Assembly: GCA_031414535.1 (NCBI GenBank)
Contig: JANNVQ010000029.1
Coordinates: forward strand, 160,001 to 224,000
DNA length: 64,000 nucleotides
DNA from: Gemmatimonas sp.
GTDB lineage: Bacteria > Gemmatimonadota > Gemmatimonadetes > Gemmatimonadales > Gemmatimonadaceae
Direction of reading: 5' to 3'
Each line of letters begins with the position of its first letter. Position 1 is the first letter of the stretch. This document shows positions 37,331-47,423 of this stretch, in pieces. The translations under genes and the position numbers were made by a program. Below the pieces are notes generated by a model. That model was given only the letters and a program-made list of their open reading frames with translations, ran no database searches and was not told where the DNA came from.

Positions 37331-38635
37331 CTAGAGCATGCCCGATAGCATCGTCGCAATCCCCAGAAAACTCGCGAAGCCCACAATGTCCGTGACCGTT
37401 GTGAGAATGATCGAGGACGACTGCGCGGGATCCTGTCCGATTTTGGTAAGCCCCACGGGCACGAGCACGCCCGCGATGCCCGCCGAGAGCATCGAGATAA
37501 TCATCGAGATGCCGATCACAAGTGCTAGTCCTGTGGAACGGCTCCACACGAAGACGCCGAGGCTGGTAGTGAGCGCGACGGCAATTCCATTCAGGAGCGC
37601 TACACCGGCCTCCTTGCGCACCACTTGCAACCACTGGCCAATCCGGATTTCGCGCATCGCGAGCCCACGCATCGTCACCGCCAGCGCTTGCGCGCCGGTA
37701 TTTCCTGACTGACCGGCGACAACGGGCAGCAGAACCGCAAGCGCCGTGAAACGGGCGATCGTCCCTTCGAATATCCCCACCACTGAAGCGGCGAGAAACG
37801 CAGTTGCGAGATTGATTTCCAGCCAAGGCAGTCGCTTGCGCACCGCGAACGAGACGGGCGAGAGTGCGCGCTCCTGACGGCTCGCGCCAACCATCGAGAG
37901 CATATCGGCGGCAGCGTCTTCCTGCGCGGTCTTGGCAAGCGTATCGTGCCGAATCACGCCGATCAGCCGCCCCTCGAAATCGACCACTGGAAGGCTCGCA
38001 AGTCGCTGATTGGTGAACAGTTCAACGACCTCTTCCTGCGGGTCAATGGCCTGCACCATCACGGCCGGCTGCACGAGCGATTCCACCATCGCCGTAGGCT
38101 CCGCCAGCGCCAGTTGCTGCAGCGAGACGGTTCCGGTCACGCGCCTTTCATCATCCGTGAAGAACACGTCAGAGATGCGGCGCGTACGGGCAGCGCGCAG
38201 ACGTACCAGCGCTTGCTGCACCGTAGTGCCTGGTCGGAAGCCTTTGGCGCGAGGGTCCATCAAGCGGCCTGCGGTCTCGGCCGGGTACTCGGCCATCATA
38301 CGAAGCTCGCGCGCGAGACCAGGCTCCAACTGCGTGAGTACCTCGTCGCGCGGAGCGTCATCCAACCAGCCAAGGATGGCCACCACACGCATCGGCTCCA
38401 TCCCCGCGAGCACGAGACGCTGCGAATCGGGAGACATCTCTTCAAGCACCGCTGCCGCGATGTTCGGCTCGAGCCGCTCCATCAAGGGAATGGCGTGGCG
38501 CACCGGTTCAGCGCGAATCAGCCGAACAATCTCGCGCACGGGCAGATCGTCGAGGCGACGCGTGGCTTCGTCGGGGAACTCGCGTAGGAACGTGCGCGCG
38601 AGCTTGGCGAATCCTGTCGATGCGTCACTTGGCAT
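37331..38635 (-). CDS. mgtE: Magnesium transporter MgtE
   Basis: MgtE_N helices, CBS pair (TAGRLM, LPVVD), RKRLPWL, GQSGNTGAQ, DPA, TTVTD. Confidence 0.93.
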   Translation of the reverse strand: MPSDASTGFAKLARTFLREFPDEATRRLDDLPVREIVRLIRAEPVRHAIPLMERLEPNIAAAVLEEMSPDSQRLVLAGMEPMRVVAILGWLDDAPRDEVLTQLEPGLARELRMMAEYPAETAGRLMDPRAKGFRPGTTVQQALVRLRAARTRRISDVFFTDDERRVTGTVSLQQLALAEPTAMVESLVQPAVMVQAIDPQEEVVELFTNQRLASLPVVDFEGRLIGVIRHDTLAKTAQEDAAADMLSMVGASRQERALSPVSFAVRKRLPWLEINLATAFLAASVVGIFEGTIARFTALAVLLPVVAGQSGNTGAQALAVTMRGLAMREIRIGQWLQVVRKEAGVALLNGIAVALTTSLGVFVWSRSTGLALVIGISMIISMLSAGIAGVLVPVGLTKIGQDPAQSSSIILTTVTDIVGFASFLGIATMLSGML

Positions 38636-39512
38636 CGACAGGCTCCTCAGGCGGTTCGTCGTGTGTCGAGGTTATCACCGGACTGTCGAGATCCCGTCTG
38701 GCGCCGGCCGTTGCTGCTATGCCAGCCACAAGTCCGTCGGTGCCAAGTTGGAAGAGTTCTGCCAGCGCGCCCGCCGTGAGTTGCGCCGGAGCCGGGCCGC
38801 GTCCGGCAGCATCACGCTCAAGCCGTCGGAGCGTCTGATAGCGAATAGCCCCGAGGAGCCGATCCTCGTCGTCCACAACAGGGAGCGCGTGGTAGCTTTG
38901 CCAGGCCGCGTGCTCACGCACGAGCGCGACCGGCGCGAGGACGTTTACCCGATCAACGTCGCGGTGCATCGTGGCGCTCACGGGGTCGCGCGGGCGCGCG
39001 AGCATCAACTCGGGAATATCGAGAACGCCGACAAGCCGATGCTCGCGATCCACGATGTACACATAGTAGAGAAGTTCTCTCGCCGCGCGCGTCAGGCGCC
39101 CTCTTGCGTCAGCGACCAGGACGTCGTCAGGCAAACGAAATACGGTGGGATCCATCACCGCACCGGCTGTCCCGGGCGTGTAGGAAAGCACCGACTGAAT
39201 TTGGTTGCGTGCGTCCTCTGAGAGCTCGGCAAGTAACGACTCGCGCTGCGCCAACTGCATCGCCCGGAGAACCACCACCGCATCCGCTATGCTCAATGCA
39301 GTAACAATGGCCGGTGCTTTGTCCCCGAGATGCATTAGGCATTCGGACGCGAAGGACACATTCATCCCGCGTACGACCGTCGCGGCTAGTGTTGCGGGGA
39401 CCGCCCCAAGGACCGCTGCTGCCTGCGTAGCCGGCGACTGCTCAAGCGTCATCGCCGCGCGCTCGGGGTGCGCCTCCAAAAAGCCGCGCGCAATGTGCGC
39501 CTCGGCGATCAC
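38625..39512 (-). CDS. Soluble MgtE-N/CBS-domain protein (no membrane domain)
   Basis: YTPGTAGAVMD, YYVYIVD..RLVGV, ALPVVD..RLLG; no TM segments. Confidence 0.85.
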   Translation of the reverse strand: MIAEAHIARGFLEAHPERAAMTLEQSPATQAAAVLGAVPATLAATVVRGMNVSFASECLMHLGDKAPAIVTALSIADAVVVLRAMQLAQRESLLAELSEDARNQIQSVLSYTPGTAGAVMDPTVFRLPDDVLVADARGRLTRAARELLYYVYIVDREHRLVGVLDIPELMLARPRDPVSATMHRDVDRVNVLAPVALVREHAAWQSYHALPVVDDEDRLLGAIRYQTLRRLERDAAGRGPAPAQLTAGALAELFQLGTDGLVAGIAATAGARRDLDSPVITSTHDEPPEEPVDAK

Positions 39513-40339
39513 GGTACGTCTCGCTTAATCAGCAGTAAGGCCGGCATCTCAGTGAACTGCTTGGCGGGGACGCTCATCCGCCCTTCCGGCGTCTCGATGA
39601 CAACCGCCGTGGCTGTGAGTTCGGCAATCGTCCCCTCAACGTCGCCAATCCGGATGGCCTGCCCAACCTCAAACGATTTCCGAAGGTAGTGCGAGCCAAT
39701 GATGTTACTGATTGCGGTCCGCGCGCCAAGACCGAACGCGAGCGCGAAGCCTCCGAGCAGCGCGGCGAGCGCGACGGAAAAGAACGCGGTGAGAATCCCG
39801 GTCTCCACGCCCAGTTCGGCCACGGCAATCAGAACAGCCGACACAATCACCGCAATCCGCACCAACTGCCCGAGTCCAGCGCCGAAGGTGCTTCCCGCTC
39901 CCACCGCGGTGGCGCTGATGGTCCCGCGTGCGATGTTGCCAACCACAAGTCCAATGACCACGATCAACACGGCCGCAAACACCCGCGGTACGAAATCGGC
40001 CACGCTGTCCACCACGGCACTCAGCAACGGAATGCCGATTGCGTCAGCCGAAGTCGCCACGAAGAACAGAATGACGGCCCAGGAGACCACGCTCCCTGCA
40101 ATTTCGGAAACGTCCCGTTCGCCTGTGGTGCCAGGAATCGTCGTGCGGAACGAGCGCCCAGGGACCGCTCTGCCAAGTGCTCCGAAAAGGCGCACCGTAA
40201 GCCGCCTCAGGAGCACGGCTAGCGCCACGCCGAGCGCGAGGAGTACGACGGCAGTGAGAAGTTTGGACTGATTGGCGGCGAGCCATCCGCCGACGTCCGC
40301 GACCGACTGTCGCACATCGGTGGGAAGCGTGGTCTGCAT
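39509..40339 (-). CDS. Small mechanosensitive channel MscS/CmpX-like protein
   Basis: ATG at 40339; FVPRVFAAVLIV, FALAFGLGAR, GQAIRIGDVEGTI. Confidence 0.85.
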   Translation of the reverse strand: MQTTLPTDVRQSVADVGGWLAANQSKLLTAVVLLALGVALAVLLRRLTVRLFGALGRAVPGRSFRTTIPGTTGERDVSEIAGSVVSWAVILFFVATSADAIGIPLLSAVVDSVADFVPRVFAAVLIVVIGLVVGNIARGTISATAVGAGSTFGAGLGQLVRIAVIVSAVLIAVAELGVETGILTAFFSVALAALLGGFALAFGLGARTAISNIIGSHYLRKSFEVGQAIRIGDVEGTIAELTATAVVIETPEGRMSVPAKQFTEMPALLLIKRDVP

Positions 40340-40484
40340 GAGAGCTCCGGGTGTCGGCCAATGGGCGCTCTCGCAGTATGCAGGCGCGCACGGGGAGGCG
40401 CCACCATAGGGCCCAAAACGATCGCCCACCTTGCTTCGCGTACGGTCACGAATTTCAGGACCCGGGGGTAGTTTCCTTATACCG

Positions 40485-43148
40485 ATGCCTTCTCCCCATA
40501 CTCCTCTACACGCGGACGTCCGTCTGCTCGGCGAACTCCTTGGCGCCACTCTGCGTGAGCAGGAGGGCGACGCGTTGTTCGCAACCGTAGAACAGGTGCG
40601 GGCCTTGGCCAAGGATGCGCGTGCGGGGCGGGGATCGCGAGAGGAACTCACTCGCACATTGCAGCGGCTGTCGGTGCCAGAGGCGTTGAACGTGGCCCGT
40701 GCCTTCGCGCATTTTTTGGGCCTCGCGAATATCGCCGAACAGCACCACCGCATTCGCCGCCGTCGCGACTACCTCCGCGCGCCGGACGAGCCGCCGCAGC
40801 GGGGCTCGCTCGCGGAGAGCTTCCCGCGACTGCTCGCCGCGGGTATCTCCCCTGACGCTCTGCGCGATGCGGTTGAGTCGCTCCACGTAGAGCTGGTCAT
40901 CACAGCGCATCCCACCGAAGTGGTGCGACGCACGGTGAGGCGCACGCAGCGTCGCATTGCGGAGCTTCTGGCTGAACGTGACCGCAAGGACCTCACGCCG
41001 GGTGAACGCGAGGAGTTGACCCGCGCGCTCGCTGCGGAGATCACCTCGCTGTGGCTCACGAATGAAGTGCGGCGCGAGGCGCCCACGCCCATTGATGAAG
41101 TGAAGTGGGGCCTGGTCGCATTTGAGCAAACCCTGTGGGACGCCCTGCCGCGCTCCCTCGGCGAGATGGACCGGGCGTTGCAGGCGGCCACTGGCGCGGG
41201 ACTCCCGCTCGAGGCTGCACCCATTCGCTTTGGCTCATGGATTGGGGGCGATCGAGATGGAAACCCCAACGTCACGGCCTTGGTCACCGCGCAGGCGGTG
41301 ATGCTCGCACGTTGGATGGGCGCAGATCTGTACCGAAAGGAGATTGAACTGCTGCGCGCTGAGCTTTCCATGCACAGCGCAAGCGCTGAACTGCGCGCAG
41401 TCCTCGACGATGCGTCCGCGCCGGAACCCTACCGCGTGCTGCTCAAGCCAGTGGTCGAGCGGCTGTATGCGATGCGTGACCGGATGGCATCTCTCGTAGC
41501 CCAGGGTGCGCCCTACACGCCGCATGCAGCAGATTACGAAGACGTCGAGTCACTCGCGGAGCCTCTGCGGCTCTGCTATCGCTCGTTGCACGAGACGGGC
41601 GCTGCGCGCGTGGCAGAGGGGCGCCTGCTCGACATCCTGCGTCGCATCCCAACGTTTGGGCTCTCGTTGGTGCGGCTCGACCTACGTCAGGAGGCCAGTC
41701 GTCACACCGACGCGATTGATGCCATCACACAAGCGGCTGGGCTGGGCTCGTACGCCGCGTGGGACGAACCCGCACGCCAAGAGTTCCTGCGCGGAGAGCT
41801 GAGCGCTGATACGCAGGTTATTCGCGCGGCGATCGCGGCGCGTACGAGGTTCGGCACGGACGTGGACGACGTGCTTGAATCGCTGCGCACTGCCGCGACC
41901 CTCCCGCGCGATGCGCTCGGAGCCTACGTCATCTCCATGGCCGCGCGGCCTTCGGACGTCCTGGCGGTGCGAGCCTTGCAAGAAGGTGCTGGGCTCTCGA
42001 ACCCGCTGCGCGTGGTCCCGCTCTTTGAGACGGTCGATGACCTGCAGCACTCGGCGAGCGTGGTGGACGCGCTGCTGTCACTGTCGTGGTACCGCGAGCG
42101 CGTGGGTACTGCGATTGAAGTGATGATCGGCTACTCCGACTCGGCGAAGGATGGCGGGCGGCTCGCCGCTGCCTGGGAGCTGTACGCGGCTCAGGAGCGC
42201 CTCGTGACGGTGGCGCACAGGCACGGCGTCCGCCTCACGCTGTTTCACGGACGCGGCGGCTCGGTGGGTCGTGGCGGAGGCCCCACGCATCTAGCGATTC
42301 AGTCGCAACCGCCGGGCTCGATTGATGCGACCATCCGCGTCACGGAGCAGGGCGAGATGGTGGACGCGAAGTTTGGGCTCCCTGCCATCGCCGAACGTAC
42401 CCTCGAGGTGTACACGACAGCCACGTTGGAGGCCTCGTTGCTCGATGCCGCCGCATTGCCCGACGCATGGCGCACTCTAATGCAGGCGCTGGCCGACGGC
42501 TCACGAGCGCACTTTCGACACATCGTCTACGAGACGCCGGAGTTCATTGAGTATTTCCGAACCGCCACGCCAGAACCTGAGCTTGGTCGCCTTCGCATCG
42601 GGAGTCGTCCTGCGCGACGTGGCAGCGGCGGCGGTGTGCGTTCGCTGCGGGCGATCCCTTGGGTCTTTGCATGGACCCAAACGCGCCTGATGCTTCCTTC
42701 GTGGCTGGGTGTGGGTGCCGCGCTGGAAGACGCGCTGAAGGCGGGACACGCCAGCGAACTGCGGGCAATGTATAAAGGCTGGCCGTTTTTTCGTTCAACG
42801 CTCGATCTCATCGAGATGGTCGTAGCCAAAGCATCGCCAGAGATCACGGCGGTATACGATGCCGCGCTGGTCCCCGATGCACTGCGCCCGCTCGGGGTTG
42901 CGCTACGCGAGGACTTGGCGCGCACGGAGCGCAGCCTTCTCCAGGTGACCGGCCACACACAGGTGCTTGAAGGGAACCCCGTCTTGCGACGTTCGATTGA
43001 CGTACGGAATCCCTACGTCGACCCAATCAACTTGGTGCAGGCCGAAGTCTTGAGGCGACTGCGTGAACCAGGTGCTGACCCCGCGCTATTCGATGCGTTT
43101 TTGAGTACGGTAAACGGTGTGGCAGCTGGGATGCGCAACACGGGCTAA
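40485..43148 (+). CDS. ppc: Phosphoenolpyruvate carboxylase
   Basis: TAHPT, GGDRDGNP, VMIGYSDSAKDGG, FHGRGGSVGRGG, LRAIPWVF, C-terminal RNTG. Confidence 0.98.
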   Translation: MPSPHTPLHADVRLLGELLGATLREQEGDALFATVEQVRALAKDARAGRGSREELTRTLQRLSVPEALNVARAFAHFLGLANIAEQHHRIRRRRDYLRAPDEPPQRGSLAESFPRLLAAGISPDALRDAVESLHVELVITAHPTEVVRRTVRRTQRRIAELLAERDRKDLTPGEREELTRALAAEITSLWLTNEVRREAPTPIDEVKWGLVAFEQTLWDALPRSLGEMDRALQAATGAGLPLEAAPIRFGSWIGGDRDGNPNVTALVTAQAVMLARWMGADLYRKEIELLRAELSMHSASAELRAVLDDASAPEPYRVLLKPVVERLYAMRDRMASLVAQGAPYTPHAADYEDVESLAEPLRLCYRSLHETGAARVAEGRLLDILRRIPTFGLSLVRLDLRQEASRHTDAIDAITQAAGLGSYAAWDEPARQEFLRGELSADTQVIRAAIAARTRFGTDVDDVLESLRTAATLPRDALGAYVISMAARPSDVLAVRALQEGAGLSNPLRVVPLFETVDDLQHSASVVDALLSLSWYRERVGTAIEVMIGYSDSAKDGGRLAAAWELYAAQERLVTVAHRHGVRLTLFHGRGGSVGRGGGPTHLAIQSQPPGSIDATIRVTEQGEMVDAKFGLPAIAERTLEVYTTATLEASLLDAAALPDAWRTLMQALADGSRAHFRHIVYETPEFIEYFRTATPEPELGRLRIGSRPARRGSGGGVRSLRAIPWVFAWTQTRLMLPSWLGVGAALEDALKAGHASELRAMYKGWPFFRSTLDLIEMVVAKASPEITAVYDAALVPDALRPLGVALREDLARTERSLLQVTGHTQVLEGNPVLRRSIDVRNPYVDPINLVQAEVLRRLREPGADPALFDAFLSTVNGVAAGMRNTG

Positions 43149-44518
43149 GGTTTACGGATGCGCTTGAGATCCGCGCGGCCATAGCCCGTGAGCACCGCGA
43201 TGGCCACGGCGCCCACGAGCGCCCAAGCGTACGTGTTATGTAGTCCCACGGTGAGCGGGTTGAGGGCAGGCATGCCCAGCCCGCCACCGTCGCGCGTGGC
43301 TCCCGACGCAAGAATGGTCGGGAGGAACCACGGTAACAGGAAGGGCCAAGTGCAGACCGTGAGGTCGAGCAAGTTCGCTCGACGATACGGTGAGAGGCCA
43401 TGACGCTCGCCGGTCTCTCGGGCGAAGGGGCCCGTCATGAGAACAGCCACCACGGAGTGCGTGGTGAGCAGTACGGCGGCCGACACCGTCCCAACAATCC
43501 ATGCTTCCGCGCCGCGCGCACTGGTTGCGCGGCGCTCAACAGCACGCACGAGGCGCTCCACTAGGTCAGTGGCCTGGATTGTACCGACCAGCGCCATCAG
43601 CAAAAGTGTGAAAATGCTGACGCCAATCGCGCGGTTGAAGCCATCTACTATCAATCCAGTCGCACCAAAGGCGCCGGGCTCCACGCGCAAAAGCGCACTG
43701 GGCGCGAGCAATCCGAACCCAAGCGCGACCAGCACCGCCGCGACTATGCCGCCGAGCAGCGATTCAATCAGATGCCGCTTAGCGAGCAGCATCACAATCA
43801 CGAGTACGGGCACCGCGAGCATCACGAGCGGCAAAGGACCGCCACTGCTCGGGAGCTCTACGGTGCTCGCCCCGCTCGACTGCCCGCCGAGCAGCACCGA
43901 TGCGGCCAGAGCAAAGAGCCCAGCGGGCAGCGCGTACTTGAGGCGCGCGCGCACGGTGCCGCCAATGTCTGCCCCCTGCGTGCCACTCGATGCAATGGTG
44001 GTGTCGGACACCGGCGACATCGAGTCGCCCCACGTGGCCCCGGCGAGAATGGCGCCGATGAGCGCGGCCGGAGCAGCACCAGCCGCGCCGCCCGCGGGGT
44101 ACAGCAGAGGTCCCGCAACGAGGATGGTGCCGAAGCTCGTCCCAGTAGCGGTGGAGACAAGCGCACAGGCAAGGAATGCTGCCCCGACGTAGGCGCCGCC
44201 GGAAAGCTCGAGCGCGCGAGCGCTCCAAGCCAAGGCGCCAACGAAACCCGATGCGCCGAGCAGGGTGCCCAAGACACCCGCAAACAGCCAGGCGCAGATC
44301 ATGATCATCACAATCCGCTGGCTCATGCCGTCGAGCATAGACTCGGCGTAGCGCGAGCGGTCCTTCGCGAGCGCGAGCCCAACCACAAGCGCCAGGAGCA
44401 GCACTGGCCAAAAGCCCCGCTCGTCCGGCGCGCCGGCAAAGGCCAGCCCCGTCACGCCGGCCAAGAAGACGGCAAAGGGCGTCAAGGCACCGAGGGTCCC
44501 ACCGTGGAAGCTGAGCAT
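43145..44518 (-). CDS. NhaC-family (IT superfamily) transporter
   Basis: ATGTSFGT, GAILAGATWGDSMSPVSDTTIAS; many TM helices. Confidence 0.85.
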   Translation of the reverse strand: MLSFHGGTLGALTPFAVFLAGVTGLAFAGAPDERGFWPVLLLALVVGLALAKDRSRYAESMLDGMSQRIVMIMICAWLFAGVLGTLLGASGFVGALAWSARALELSGGAYVGAAFLACALVSTATGTSFGTILVAGPLLYPAGGAAGAAPAALIGAILAGATWGDSMSPVSDTTIASSGTQGADIGGTVRARLKYALPAGLFALAASVLLGGQSSGASTVELPSSGGPLPLVMLAVPVLVIVMLLAKRHLIESLLGGIVAAVLVALGFGLLAPSALLRVEPGAFGATGLIVDGFNRAIGVSIFTLLLMALVGTIQATDLVERLVRAVERRATSARGAEAWIVGTVSAAVLLTTHSVVAVLMTGPFARETGERHGLSPYRRANLLDLTVCTWPFLLPWFLPTILASGATRDGGGLGMPALNPLTVGLHNTYAWALVGAVAIAVLTGYGRADLKRIRKP

Positions 44519-44556
44519 AGTGGACGAAGATACGCGAGAGCAGCTATCCTTCGCGA

Positions 44557-44898
44557 ATGAACTCTCCCGACGACGCCTTCACGCTCTATGACCTTCGCGT
44601 GGAAGTCGTGGCCACTGACCGCCCGATGGTCTGCAATCACCAGGCAGGGGACTGGTTCGAATTGGTGGGCGAGAACCTGCGTTTCCCTCCGGGTCAGTCG
44701 TTCCCGCTCTATCCACTCGCGGCCATCCTGCCGCTGCTGCCGGCCAAGCAGCGCGTCACGCATCCCAATGACTGGATGACCACCGACGCCGAGATTGCCT
44801 GCCCGGATCCGCACTGCGGCGGTCGCTTCCGCATCACGCGCAGCGGCACGAGTGCGTGGCGGCACGGCGAGGTCACCCGCGTCCCGCTCACGCCGTGA
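44557..44898 (+). CDS. TIGR04076-family small Cys protein
   Basis: LYDLRVEVV, MVCNH..GDWFEL, PLLPAKQR..HPNDWM, ACPDPHCG. Confidence 0.8.
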   Translation: MNSPDDAFTLYDLRVEVVATDRPMVCNHQAGDWFELVGENLRFPPGQSFPLYPLAAILPLLPAKQRVTHPNDWMTTDAEIACPDPHCGGRFRITRSGTSAWRHGEVTRVPLTP

Positions 44899-45914
44899 GC
44901 TCGCGGCTCATCAAGGGCGGTTGGCAACTCGCGGGTGGGCACGGGGCGGTGGACGAAGCGGCCGCAGTTGCCGACATGTTCGCGTTCGCCGAGGCTGGCA
45001 TCACGGCCGTTGACTGCGCCGACATCTATACGGGTGTCGAGGCGATGATTGGTCGCTTTCTCACAGAGTGGAGAGCGAAGTACGGCGCCGACGCGCCTCA
45101 GATTCGCGTGCACACCAAGTGCGTGCCGGATCTCGATCTCTTACCTACACTCACGCGCGCAGACCTCGAACGTACTATTGACCGCTCGCTCCGCCGCCTT
45201 GGCGTCGAGCAACTCGACTTGGTGCAGTTTCACTGGTGGGACTACGCCGTCGGTAATCCACTCGAGGCTGCCTTGCATCTCGATGCCATGCGGCGCGCGG
45301 GCAAAATTCGCGAACTTGGCGTCACCAACTTTGATGTGCCGCATCTGCGCGCACTGCTCGACGCCGGCGTGCCCGTGGTGGCGCATCAGTTGCAGTGTTC
45401 GCTGCTCGACCGACGCGCACTTGGGCCCATGCGTGAGCTCTGCGAGGCCCGCGGTGTGAAACTGCTCGCCTATGGCTCGCTCGCTGGCGGCTTTTTGCAC
45501 GAGCGCTGGCTCGGCGCTGCGCCGCCCGCTGAGCCACTCGAGAACCGCTCGCTCGTGAAGTACCGGCTCATCATCGAGGAGTGGGGCGGCTGGGAGCCGT
45601 TTCAATCATTGTTACGTGCGCTGCACAGAGTGGCGGAGCATCACGGCACCAGCATCGGCGCGGTGGCGCTGCGCTGGGTCCTCGATCAACCAACGGTCGC
45701 CGCGGCCATTGTCGGTGCGCGGGACGCCAAGCACTTAGTGGCCACGCTCGCCGCACTGAATGTCACGCTCACAGACGCGGAGCACGCGGAACTCGCCTCG
45801 GCGCTCGGTGCCGGCGGCGGACCACGCGGAGACGTCTATTCGCTCGAACGCGAGAAGGGCGGTCGCCACGCGGCCATTATGCGTTACGGACTCAACCGCT
45901 TGGCGACCGACTGA
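44895..45914 (+). CDS. Aldo/keto reductase
   Basis: GTGA overlap with TIGR04076; GGWQLAGGHG, DCADIYTG, HTK, LDLVQFHWW. Confidence 0.9.
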   Translation: MSSRLIKGGWQLAGGHGAVDEAAAVADMFAFAEAGITAVDCADIYTGVEAMIGRFLTEWRAKYGADAPQIRVHTKCVPDLDLLPTLTRADLERTIDRSLRRLGVEQLDLVQFHWWDYAVGNPLEAALHLDAMRRAGKIRELGVTNFDVPHLRALLDAGVPVVAHQLQCSLLDRRALGPMRELCEARGVKLLAYGSLAGGFLHERWLGAAPPAEPLENRSLVKYRLIIEEWGGWEPFQSLLRALHRVAEHHGTSIGAVALRWVLDQPTVAAAIVGARDAKHLVATLAALNVTLTDAEHAELASALGAGGGPRGDVYSLEREKGGRHAAIMRYGLNRLATD

Positions 45915-45946
45915 CACTTCAGCGCGCCGATTGCAGCGCGTCAGTT

Positions 45947-47365
45947 TCAGCGCGCCCCGGCGCCAATGAGATAGAAGGCTTCCTGCCGCGGCCGAAAGAA
46001 GCGGTATCCATCAGCCGTGAGATACGCGCAGTCCTCCATCATCACGAAGACTTTCTTGCCACCCCACTCAGGGACTGCGGTCCCAGTGTTGAGTTCGATG
46101 GACATATACGAGCCCGGCCGCAGTCGCTGTGCGAGCGTCAACGTGTCCGTACGTAGCCCTGAGCGGAAATCGATGGATGCACCCAGCGCGTGGCCCTGCG
46201 AGCCCAGTGGATGCGAGTAGACCATCGCCTCAATACCGCGCTGCCGCATCTCGGCCATCGTCAGGTTGAACACTTCGCCTCCAGTGCGCCCCGGACGTGC
46301 AACGCGCAACATCAAGGCATCTTGCAGCGTGTTTGTGTTGCGTAAGGCCGCCTTCAGCCCAGCGGGGGCGTCGCTCTCGCCCGGCTTGAGCACGTAGGCC
46401 ATCTTCTGCCAGTCGGTATCAAAGCCCATGTAGCTGATGCCGAAGTCAATGTGCACCAAGTCGCCGAGGAGAATAACGGTGTTCTCCGGAGCCACCGCCA
46501 AAAATCCGCGTGAGGTCGCGACCTCGCCCTCGGCGCGTTGCACGCGCAAGTCCGGCTGGAACCACGTGCGCACGCCAGCGGCCCAGAGCATATCGTAGAG
46601 CGCTCGACGCACATCACCAACTGTCGTGCGCCCCGGCGTGATGAACTCGTTGGAAAGCGCACGGCGCACAATTTCCTCCGTCACCTCCACAGCCGTGCGG
46701 TAGTACTCCAACTCCTCAGGGATGCGTGTGTCGAGGTACTCCGTGATCAGCGGCGCGGCGCTTACGAAGCGCGCCGTGGCCTCGGCGCCCATCGCCTCGG
46801 AGACGAAGGTGTAGCTGTCGTAACCAATGGTACGCGTCTGTCCGCGACCGCCGCCGATGCCCAGGGCAATGGAGCGTGGCTGGTACTGCTCCCAGAGGCG
46901 CCGCAGCGTTGCGGCCGGAGGTAAGGGTTCGGTGCTCGGCGCGTCAAAGAAGCGCGCGAGGTTCTCTTCCGTGTATCCAGTGATGGCGAACTTCTTGAGT
47001 CCCTCAGCGCCTGCATCCACAAAGACAAATAAATCGCGGTTGCCGGTGTAGGGCCGCGGCGGCGCAATCTGCTGGACCACCGGGTCGTCGTGGAACTCCT
47101 CATTCACCACAATCCACATGCCCACGTTATGGGCGCGCATCATTGGGAGAAGGAGCTCGTGCTTTTTGCGTAGCCAGTCCTCGCGTACGCTGAGTTGCTC
47201 GCTCCATGTGAGGAGTTTCGAGGCTGATGCGATGACGGGGCGGCGGCCGGTGCTGAGTTGTTGTGCCGCGAGCGCACTGGGGAATGCTGCTATGGCGAAT
47301 ACTGCTGGAGCGCCGAGGCTCGCAAGGCAGAGGGCGAGCAGTGAGCGAAGGAGGCGAGCGAGCAT
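45947..47365 (-). CDS. Exported M24 (Xaa-Pro-type) metallopeptidase
   Basis: HIDFG, DTDWQ, HPLGSQGH, SIE, MED metal ligands; signal peptide. Confidence 0.88.
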   Translation of the reverse strand: MLARLLRSLLALCLASLGAPAVFAIAAFPSALAAQQLSTGRRPVIASASKLLTWSEQLSVREDWLRKKHELLLPMMRAHNVGMWIVVNEEFHDDPVVQQIAPPRPYTGNRDLFVFVDAGAEGLKKFAITGYTEENLARFFDAPSTEPLPPAATLRRLWEQYQPRSIALGIGGGRGQTRTIGYDSYTFVSEAMGAEATARFVSAAPLITEYLDTRIPEELEYYRTAVEVTEEIVRRALSNEFITPGRTTVGDVRRALYDMLWAAGVRTWFQPDLRVQRAEGEVATSRGFLAVAPENTVILLGDLVHIDFGISYMGFDTDWQKMAYVLKPGESDAPAGLKAALRNTNTLQDALMLRVARPGRTGGEVFNLTMAEMRQRGIEAMVYSHPLGSQGHALGASIDFRSGLRTDTLTLAQRLRPGSYMSIELNTGTAVPEWGGKKVFVMMEDCAYLTADGYRFFRPRQEAFYLIGAGAR

Positions 47366-47423
47366 CTGTAAAGTGGGTAGGGGTCCACACTGACTTCGTT
47401 TGAGCGAGAGTCAGCGCTTTGCG

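Noticed and set aside
40340..40753. N-terminal extension of the MscS ORF (414 aa)
   Set aside because: Antisense to ppc; ATG 40339 gives a normal-sized protein.
47390..47414. Hairpin ctgact...agtcag between the desaturase and M24 genes
   Set aside because: Short, bulged stem with no U-tract in the transcribed direction.
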